From Malacoraja senta (Eukaryota), in the NCBI GenBank assembly GCA_038087875.1, contig JAXLNO010001226.1, positions 1 through 64,000 of the forward strand: a stretch of 64,000 nucleotides of DNA, read 5' to 3'. The position numbers were made by a program, and so were the translations under genes. The stretch's first letter is position 1, and every line of letters begins with the position of its first letter. Below the pieces are notes generated by a model. That model was not told the DNA's origin. It was given only the letters and a program-made list of their open reading frames with translations, and did not search any database. Positions 13,120 through 22,800 of this stretch are shown in pieces.

Positions 13120-13303
13120 CCTCAACGTTTCGCCCGAGTGAGAAGCCCGAGCCCGAGTGACGCCCGAGCTCGAGTGACGTATGAGCCCGAGTGACGTCAC
13201 AGCCCGAGTGAGCCGAGTGTATGACCGCCGCCGGAAACACCCGAGTGCGTGAGCGGAAACGCCCGAGCGGGCGGGCGGTTGATCGAGGCGCCGACGCGCC
13301 AAG
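13120..13303 (+). promoter_or_regulatory. CpG-island-type promoter/5' UTR of the AIP-like exon
   Basis: CpG-dense; perfect CRE TGACGTCA at 13192-13199 plus TGACG half sites; ETS-like CCGGAA/GCGGAA; YY1-like AAGATGGCGG overlapping the ATG (13301-13310). Confidence 0.65.
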
Positions 13304-13423
13304 ATGGCGGACGCGGACTCGACGCTCTCGGCGTCGCTGTCGGACATGGACGGGGTGGTCAAACGCATCATCGACGGCGGCCATGACCCTGGCGGGCGGC
13401 AGCGCTTCACCCCCGGCACCAAG
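13304..13423 (+). CDS. AIP: First coding exon of an AIP/AIPL1-family FKBP-TPR co-chaperone (MADADSTLSASLSDMDGVVKRIIDGGHDPGGRQRFTPGTK)
   Basis: DGVVKRIIDGG...F.PGTK resembles human AIP DGIQKRVIQEG...FQDGTK. The exon ends AAG|GT in phase 0 right after GTK, as AIP exon 1 does. Good Kozak context. Donor gtagcg is weak and exon 2 was not found. Confidence 0.6.
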
Positions 13424-13982
13424 GTAGCGGGGCGGGGACGCTGGGGGACAGAGAGAGAGAGAGGGAGAGAGAGAGACTTACTGAGGGGAGACGGTGACGG
13501 CGCCGGCGATCAAAATGGCGGCGGCTCCGGGCACCAACCGTCGCAGGGTCCCACCCCCCGACCGCGTTGATTGGACGAGGAGGCGGTGACGGATGGCGGC
13601 CCCGGCCAATGGGCGGCGGGTTCGAGGGACATCCCACCTCCCGCAGGCGGTGATTGGATGGGGTCTGGGTGATGGGCGGACGGGTCATACAATAGGCTGG
13701 AGACGGGTTGACGGACGGATGGACCGGCCAATGGGCGGGGGAGTAGGAGGTTGTCCCGCCTCTCGACGTGGCTGATTGGATGGAGATGTGTGATGGCCAG
13801 CCAGATCATCCAAACGGGGAGGGGTTGGAGGATGTCCCGCCTCCTCTCGTTGCTGATTGGAGGGTGAGGGAGACGGACAGACGGCCCGGCCAATGGGCTG
13901 AAGGTTAGAGGGACATCTGGAGTATGTGTCCAGTATAGGAGTATAGAGGTCCTTCTGCAGTTGTACAGGGCTCTGGTGAGAC

Positions 13983-14895
13983 GTTAAAGTTCAAGTTCAA
14001 GTGAGTTTATTGTCATGTGTCCCTGATAGGACAATGAAATTCTTGCTTTGCTTCAGCACAACAGAACATAGTAGGCATTGACTACAAGGCATTCTATAAA
14101 TATATACACACATGAATCAAAATACTGATAAAGTGCAAATAACAGTATTGGCTAATAAAGTTCAGTGTTATGTCCGAGCCAGGTTTAATAGCCTGATGGC
14201 TGTGGGGAAGGGAGGTCAGAGCCAATAATGGACTGGGCAGTGTTTACTACTTTTTGTAGTCTTTTCCTCTCTAGGGCGCTCAAGTTGCCGAACCAAGCCA
14301 CGATGCAGCCGGTCAGCATGCTCTCTACTGTGCACCTGTAGAAGTTAGAGAGAGTCCTCCTTGACAAACCGACTCTCCGTAATCTCAGGAAGTAGAGGCG
14401 CTGATGTGTTTTCTTAATAATGGCATCAGTGTTCTCGGACCAGGAAAAATCTTCAGAGATGTGCACGCCCAGGAATTTGAAGCTCTTGACCCTTTCAACC
14501 ATCGACCCGTTGATATAAACGGGACTGTGGGTCCCCATCCTACTCCTTCCAAAGTCCACAATCAGTTCCTTGATTTTGCTGGTGTTGAGGGCCAGGTTAT
14601 TGTGCTGGCACCATATGGACAGTTGCTCGATCTCTCTTCTTTACTCTGACTCATCCCCATCAGTGATATGTCCCACAACAGTGGTGTCGTCAGCAAACTT
14701 GATGATGGAGTTCGCACTATGTCCGGCTACGCAGTCATGAGTATAGAGTGAGTACAGCATGGGGCTGAGCACGTAGCCTTGAGGTGCTCCCGTGCTGATT
14801 GTTATCGAATCTGACACATTTCCACCAATACGAACAGACTGTGGTCTGAGAGTGAGGAAGTCGAGGATCCAATTGCAGAGGGATGCGCAGAGACC
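13983..14895 (-). mobile_element. Rex1/Babar-clade LINE 3' part, 5'-truncated
   Basis: [20 protein letters not shown]...[12 protein letters not shown]; (cttgaa)n tail; flanked by 12-bp direct repeat ctctggtgagac (13971-13982 and 14896-14907). Confidence 0.85.
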
Positions 14896-15117
14896 CTCTG
14901 GTGAGACCACATCTGGAGTATTGTGTCCAGTATAGCAGTAATGAGGTCCTTCTGCAGTTGTACAGGTGGGCTCTGGTGAGACCACATCTGGAGTATGTGT
15001 CCAGTATAGGAGTAAAGAGCTCCTTCTGCAGTTGTACAGGAGGGCTCTGGTGAGACCACATCTGGAGTATTGTGTCCAGTATAGCAGTAAAGAGGTTCTT
15101 CTGCAGTTGTACAGGGC

Positions 15118-15755
15118 AAGAGCGGAACTCACTATGAAAACATGGGGGGGGACGGGGGACACAATTTTTAGGCGGCCGCTCGCGCATGCGCACACACACA
15201 CACGCGAGGCTTCGGAGGCTCAATCCAGCGCTAAATGCAGCTCAACACTGCCTGTCTCACCTGGTTAACTACAGCCCTGCCTGGACTGACGGGACACCAG
15301 CGCTGCTTCTTTTCTATTGTTGGCCATATTTCCCGCTAGTCCAGGCAGATTCACCTGGCGGGACAGGCAGAGTGAGCTGGGTTTAGGGCTGTTTCTCTGC
15401 GCTGGCTGTGGGCATGGGGGTACAGCTCGCGTCAGACTCCCGACCTCTCTGGCCACCCGTGGGGGGGGGGGACTTGGAAAAGCGCCAGAGAGCCGGCCGG
15501 GATCGATCCTGCCTACGGATGAGGCGCAGGTCTGTGCCACGTCTCCCTCCTCCAATCACCGCGCTCTAACCTCATTCCCACCCTCCTCCCCCACTTTTCC
15601 CTCCTCCAATAATCGCGCCCTCGATCATCAGTCCCACCCCCACTGTCTCGCGGAAAGTGGAGAAAGTGGAAAGTGGGGGGATGTCCCCCACCTCTCAAAA
15701 CATGGGGGGGACGTGTCCCCTCTGGCACCCCCCCCCCCGGGTTTTCCACCCCTGA
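15118..15755 (-). mobile_element. Non-autonomous hAT-like insertion with 8-bp TSD
   Basis: tacagggc at 15110-15117 and 15756-15763; the host repeat unit resumes exactly after the insertion; TIRs are not clean. Confidence 0.6.
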
Positions 15756-15911
15756 TACAGGGCTCTGGTGAGACCACATCTGGAGTTATAGGGGGTGTGC
15801 ACGTAAGGTCACCGGGTCAAAGGGCTTGATGAAAGGAACCGCTCAATCTCCAGGTGTGGTCTCACCAAGACCCTGTACAACTGCAGTTGAACCTCCCTGC
15901 TCTTGTACTCA

Positions 15912-17785
15912 CAGGGAAAATAGATTATGAAAGAAAACTGGCAGGGAACATAAAAACTGACTGCAAAAGTTTTTATAGATATGTGAAGAGAAAAAGATTA
16001 GTTAAAACAAATGTAGGTCCCTTGCAGTCAGAAACAGGTGAATTGATCATGGGGAACAAGGACATGGCAGACCAATTGAATAACTACTTTGGTTCTGTCT
16101 TCACTAAGGATGACTTAATTAATCTGCCGGAAATAGCAGGGGACCGGGGGTCAAAAACGAGATGGAGGAACTGAGTGAAATCCAGGTTAGCCGGGAAGTG
16201 GTGTTAGGTAAATTGAATGGATTAAAGGCCGATAAATCCCCCGGGCCAGATAGGCTGCATCCTAGAGTACTTAAGGAAGTAGCCCCAGAAATAGTGGATG
16301 CATTAGTGATAATTTTTCAAAACTCTTTAGATTCTGGAGTAGTTCCTGAGGATTGGAGGGTAGCTAATGTAACCCCACTTTTTAAAAAGGGAGGGAGAGA
16401 GAAAACGGGGAATTACAGACCAGTTAGTCTAACATCGGTAGTGGGGAAACTGCTAGAGTCAGTTATTAAAGATGGGATAGCAGCACATTTGGAAAATGGT
16501 GAAATTATTGGACAAAGTCAGCATGGATTTATGAAAGGTAAATCATGTCTGACGAATCTTATAGAATTTTTCGAGGATGTAACTAGTAGAGTGGATAAGG
16601 GAGAAACAGTGGATGCGTTATATCTGGACTTTCAGAAGGCTTTCGACAAGGTCCCACATAAGAGATTAGTATGCAAACTTAAAGCACACGTTATTGGGGG
16701 TTCAGTATTGATGTGGATAGAGAACTGGCTGGCAGACAGGAAGCAAAGAGTAGGAGTAAACGGGTCCTTTTCAGAATGGCAGGCAGTGACTAGTGGGGTA
16801 CCGCAAGGCTCAGTGCTGGGACCACAGCTATTTACCATATATATTAATGATTTGGACGAGGGAATTGACTGCAACATCTCCAAGTTTGCGGAAGACACGA
16901 AGCTGGGGGGCAGTGTTAGCTGTGAGGAGGGTGCTAGGAGGCTGCAAGATGACTTGGATAGGCTGGGTGAGTGGGCAAATGCATGGCAGATGCAATATAA
17001 TGTGGATAAATGTGAGGTTATCCACTTTGGTGGCAAAAGCAGGAAAGTAGACTATTATCTGAATGGTGGCCGATTAGGAAAAGGGGAGATGCAACGAGAC
17101 CTGGGTGTCATGGTACACCAGTCATTGAAAGTAGGCATGCGGGTGCAGCAGGCAGAGAAGAAGGCGAATGGTATGTTAGCATTCATAGCAAAAGGACTTG
17201 AGTATAGGAGCAGGGAGGTTCTACTGCAGTTGTACAGGGTCTTGGTGAGACCACACCTGGAGTATTGCATACAGTTTTGGTCTCCTAATCTGAGGAAAGA
17301 CATTCTTGCCATAGAGGGAGTACAGAGAAGGTTCACCAGACTGATTCCTGGGATGGCAGGACTTTCATATGAAGAAAGACTGGATAGACTCGGCTTGTAC
17401 TCGCTAGAATTTAGAAGATTGAGGGGCGATCTTATAGACACTTACAAAATTCTTAAGGGGTTGGACAGGCTAGATGCAGGAAGATTGTTCCCGATGTTGG
17501 GGTAGTCCAGAACACGGGGTCACAGTTTAAGGATAAGGGGGAAGTCTTATAGGACCGAGATGAGAAAATCGTTTGTGGTGAATCTCTGGAATTCTCTGCC
17601 ACAGAAGGTAGTTGAGGCCAGTTCATTGGCTATATTTAAGAGGGAGTTAGATGTGGCCCTTGTGGCTAAAGGGATCAGGGGGTATGGAGAGAAGGCAGGT
17701 ACAGGATACTGAGTTGGATGAGCAGCCATGATCATATTGAATGGCGGTGCAGGATCGAAGGGCCGAATGGCCTACTCCTGTACCT
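15912..17785 (+). mobile_element. CR1 LINE, 5'-truncated
   Basis: ORFs 15854-16174 (3' part) and 16162-17505 with RT motifs; premature stop at 17505. Confidence 0.95.
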
Positions 17786-17904
17786 TTATTTTTTCTCTCT
17801 CTCTCCCCCTCCCCCCTCCCCCCCTCTCTCCCCCCTCCTCTCCTCCCCCCTCCCCCTCCCTCTCCCTCTCTCTCCCTCCCTCCCTCCCTCTCTCTCTCTG
17901 TGTG

Positions 17905-18468
17905 AAGTCGGGAGGTCACGTTGCAGTTGTACAAGATGTTGGTGAGGCTGCATTTAGAGTATTGCGTTCAGTTCTGGGCACAGGAAAGATGTCGTCGAGC
18001 TTTGAAAGGGCATGGAGAAGATTTACGAGGATGTTGCCGGGACTCGAGGGACCTGAGCTACAGGGAGAGGTTGGGGCAGGGCTGGGACTCTATTCCTTGG
18101 AGGGCAGGAGGATGAGGGGCGATCTTATAGAGGTGTACAAAATCACCAGAGGAATAGATCGGGTAGACGCACAGAGTCTCTTGCCCAGAGTAGGGGAATT
18201 GAGGACCAGAGGACACGGGTTTAAGGTGAGAGACGAGGGGGCGGGAAAAATTGAATAGGGATCTGAGGGGCAACTTTTCCACACAGAGGGTGGTGGGTGT
18301 ATGGAACGAGCTACCGAGGAGGTAGTTGAGGCTGGGTCTATCACAACACTTGGACAGGTACATGGATAGGACAGGTTTGGAGGGATAATTTGCCAAACAC
18401 GGGCAGCAGATGGGACTAGTGTAGATGGGGCAAGTTGGCCGGTGTGGGTAAGTTTGGCTGAAGGTCCT
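17905..18468 (+). mobile_element. CR1 3' fragment of another subfamily, running into a gap (N 18469-18612)
   Basis: [17 protein letters not shown]; MRGDLIEVYKI motifs. Confidence 0.85.
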
Positions 18469-18774
18469 NNNNNNNNNNNNNNNNNNNNNNNNNNNNNNNN
18501 NNNNNNNNNNNNNNNNNNNNNNNNNNNNNNNNNNNNNNNNNNNNNNNNNNNNNNNNNNNNNNNNNNNNNNNNNNNNNNNNNNNNNNNNNNNNNNNNNNNN
18601 NNNNNNNNNNNNTCTCCCTGTCTCTTTCCCTGTCTCTCTCCCTGTCTCTCTCCCTGTCTCTCTCTCTCTCTCTGTCTCTATCTCTCTCTGAGTCTCTCTC
18701 CCTGTCTCTCTTTGTCTCTCTCTGTCTCTCTCTGTCTCTCCCTCTCTCTCACTCTCTCTGGGACAGAGGATTTG

Positions 18775-19172
18775 GGTGAACATAGACCCATTCCTGCCAA
18801 CCGTGGGCATAACTGCAGATAGATACATAACGCACTCAACACATAGGACAGGAAAGAGAAATGATCTGCAAATAGAAACACCATTGGCCAGGACAGATAT
18901 TTATAAGGACTCGTTCTCTGTAAGAACCGCAATGGAATGGAATAAACGAGACAACAATATCGTCTAAATGTTTAAGAAGGAACTGCAGATGCTGGAAAAT
19001 CAAAGGTAGACACAAAATGCTGGAGTATCTCAGCGGGTGAGGCAGCATCTACTGTGCGAAGGAATAGTTGACGATTCGGGTCGAGACCCTTCTTCAGACT
19101 CAAGAACCATTTCCTTCTCTCCATAGATGCTGCCTCACACGCTGAGTTTCTCCAGCATTTTTGTCTACCTGC
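18775..19172 (+). mobile_element. Second copy of the Daphne-like RT tail plus Penelope hairpin/hammerhead core
   Basis: Paralogous to 1855-2245; minus strand 19070-19101 reads GAGTCTGAAGAAGGGTCTCGACCCGAATCGTC. Confidence 0.75.
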
Positions 19173-19204
19173 AATAGAGTCAAATCACTTTCACTGGACA
19201 ATAG

Positions 19205-19861
19205 ACTACAGGTGCAGGAGGAGGTCATTCGGCCCTTCGAGCCAGCACTGCCATTCACTGTGATCATGGCTGATCATCCCCAATCAGTACCCCGTCCCTG
19301 CCTTCTCCTCATATCCCGTGACTCCGCTATCTTTAAGAGCCCTATCTAGCTCTCTCTTGAAAGTATCCAGAGAACTGGCCTCCACCACCCTCTGAGGCAG
19401 AGAATCCCACAGATTCACAACGCTCTGGGTGGAAAAGTTTCTCCTCATCTCAGTCCCAAATGGCCACAGATTCACAACTCTCTGGGTGGAAAAGTTTCTC
19501 CTCATCTCAGTCCCAAATGGCCACAGATTCACAACTCTCTGGGTGGAAAAGTTTCTCCTCGTCTCCGTTCTAAATGGCTTACTCCTTATTCTTAAACTGT
19601 GTGTGGCCCCTGGTTCTGGAGTACCCCAACATCGGGAACATGTTTCCTGCCTCTAGCGTGTCCAAACCCTTAATAATCTTATATGTTTCAATAAGATGCC
19701 CTTTCATCCTTCTGAACTCCAGAGTGTACAAGCCCAGCCGCTCCATTCTCTCAGCATATGACAGTCCCGCCATCTCGGGAATTAACCTGGTGAACCTACG
19801 CGGTGCTCTCTCAATAGCAAGAATGTCCTTCCTCAAATTAGGGGACCAAAACTGCACACAA
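19205..19861 (-). mobile_element. CR1 3' fragment with an internal 57-bp triplication (paralogue of 2280-2815)
   Basis: Same junction with the upstream hairpin as in copy 1; unit ccacagattcacaac...caaatgg three times at 19407-19577. Confidence 0.9.
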
Positions 19862-22800
19862 TAACCATATAACCATATAACAATTACAGCACGGAAACAG
19901 GCCATCTCGGCCCTTCAAGTCCATGCCGAACACTTTTTCTCCCCTAGTCCCATTTACCTGCACTCAGACCATAACCCTCCATTCCTTTCTCGTCCATACA
20001 CCAATCCAATCTATTTTTAAATAATAAAATCGAACCTGCCTCCACCACTTCCACTGGAAGCTCATTCCACACAGCTACCACTCTCTGAGTAAAGAAGTTC
20101 CCCCTAATGTTACCCCTAAACTTCTGTCCCTTAATTCTCAAGTCATGTCCTCTTGTTTGAATCTTACCTACTCTCAATGGGAAAAGCTTATCCACGTCAA
20201 CTCTGTCTATCCCTCTCATCATTTTAAAGACCTCTATCAAGTCCCCCCTTAACCTTCTGCGCTCCAAAGAATAAAGACCTAACTTGTTCAGCCTTTCTCT
20301 GTAATTTAATTGCTGAAACCCAGGCACCATTCTCGTAAATCTCCTCTGTACTCTCTCTATTTTGTTGACATCCTTCCTATAATTAGGTGACCAAAATGTA
20401 CTCCATACTCCAGAATTGGCCTCACCAATGCCTTGTACAATTTTAACATTACATCCTAACTTCTATACTCAATGCTCTGATTTATAAAGGCCAGCACACC
20501 AAAAGCTTTCTTTACCACCCTATCTACATGAGATTCCACCTTCAGGGAACTATGCACAGTTATTCCTAGATCCCTCTGTTCAACTGCATTCCTCAATTCG
20601 CTACCATTTACCATGTACGTCCTATTTTGATTTGTCCTGCCAAGATGTAGCACCTCACATTTATCAGCATTAAACTCCATCTGCCATCTTTCAGCCCATT
20701 CTTCCAAATGGCCTAAATCTCTCTGTAGACTTTGAAATTTGCAATTTATCTTTCAAAACTGGTGTATTTCCATGTAAAATGAAAACTGCCAAAGTCATCC
20801 CACTATACAAAGCTGGAGACAGAAATCAATTTGCAAATTACGGGCCGGTGTCGTTACTCTCTCAGTTCTCAAAATATTAGAAAAACTATATGTAAGTAGA
20901 TTAGATAACTTTATCGAGAAGCATGAATTGCTAGTTCATAGTCAATATGGATTCAGGTCAAACAGATCGACACCATGGCATTAATGGAGTTAATTGAAGA
21001 CATTACCAGTTCTATAGATAACAAGAAATATGCAGTGGGTGTATTTATAGATTTGAAAAAAAGCATTCGATACAATTGATCATCATTTGCTAATCAAAAA
21101 ACTGGAAAAGTATGGAATCAGAGGGGTTGTACTAGAGTGGATGAGAAGCTACATAAGTAAAATACATCAGTTTGTGCAAAGGGGACTGCAAATCAACATG
21201 CTTAGAAATAACTTGTGGAGTCCCACAGGGGTCGGTTTTGGGCCCCAAATTATTTATTTTGTATATTAATGATATATGTAGGGTGTCAAACCTCTTGAAA
21301 TTTGTGTTATTTGCAGATGACACTAATATTTTCTGTGATGGGGACAATTTGCAGCAGCTTTTGGAGGTGGCCACAGCAGAAATGAGTAAACTAAAAACAT
21401 GGTTTGATTTGAATAAATTATCATTAAATTGAAACAAAACCAAACTTATGCTGTTTGGAAAACGCAAAATAAATACACAAGTAAAAGTAATGATAAATAA
21501 TGTTGAAATAGAAAGAGTGTATGAAAATACATTTCTGGGTGTGATTCTTGATCACAAAATCTGCTGGAAACCCCATATAAACATATGAGAGCAAAAGTAG
21601 CACGGAGTATTGGAGTGATGGGGAAAGCAAGGCATGTTTTGAATGAGAGAGCACTGTATATTCTGTACAGCTCACTTGTGTTACCGTATTTAAATTACTG
21701 TGTGGAAGTATGGGGCAACACCTACAAAACCACCTTACAATCACTAAGCACACTACAAAAAAGAGCTATTCGTATAGTAAACAATGTAGGATATCATGAA
21801 CACAACAATATACTATATTTAAAATTACGCACCTTAAAGAGTAAGGATCTGGTAGAATTTAAGACTGCACAAATAATTTATAAAGCAAAAAATAAACTGC
21901 TACCTATAAACAAAACTGTTCAAAGGCAGAGGGGGGTTATAACTTTAGAGGGAAACTAAACTTGAAACAGCATTATGCTCGGACCAATTTAAAAAGTATG
22001 TGTATTTCCATTTGTGGGGTGGTTTTGTGGAATGGTCTTGACGAAACGATTAAACAAAGTATGAATATAATGCAATTTAAAAAAATGTACAAAAGATATA
22101 TCTTTGAAAAGTACAGTAATGAGGAAGGAGAATGTAAATCTCACAGATGGTAATGGTGCTTGTTCTTTGTGTTCTTTTCTTTTTTTATTCTTTTTTTCTT
22201 AATAGCTTGATTGGAGTAGTTTTATTTGAATTGTCTGTTTATTTTATTTTATTTGAATTTTGCATTTGTTAATGGTGAAGAATGGGGGTAGGACTTGACA
22301 AGCATAGGCTTCTTCCTATCCTTTTCGAACGAGTCTAATGTGTATTATGTTCAAATTGGCTTNNNNNNNNNNNNNNNNNNNNNNNNNNNNNNNNNNNNNN
22401 NNNNNNNNNNNNNNNNNNNNNNNNNNNNNNNNNNNNNNNNNNNNNNNNNNNNNNNNNNNNNNNNNNNNNNNNNNNNNNNNNNNNNNNNNNNNNNNNNNNN
22501 NNNNNNNNATTGTTCATTATCATCTTTTCTTTTCTACTTTTTTTGATCGTTCGAAATAAAAAAAATTAAAATTAAAATTAAAATAAAAATAAAAAATCTA
22601 CTTCATTATCCACAACACCACCTATATTAGTATTATCAGCATACTTACTAATCCAATTTTCCACACCATCATCCAGATCATTGATGTACATGACAAACAA
22701 CAGTGGACCCAACACAGACCCCTGAGGCACCCCACTAGTCACCGGCCTCCAACCTGACAAACAGCCATCAACCATTACTCTCTGGCATCTCCCATTCAGC

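Larger units (their letters stand above)
13915..15786 (+). repeat. About 72-75-bp CR1-derived tandem repeat (about 4-5 units), interrupted by Rex1 and a hAT-like insertion
   Basis: gagaccacatctgg recurs at 14903, 14978 and 15052, with further units at 13915-13982 and 15756-15786. Confidence 0.85.

Noticed and set aside
12599-13384. 261-aa ORF as a novel RT-fusion gene
   Set aside because: It is an accidental read-through from the antisense of the GC-rich promoter into a CR1 fragment.
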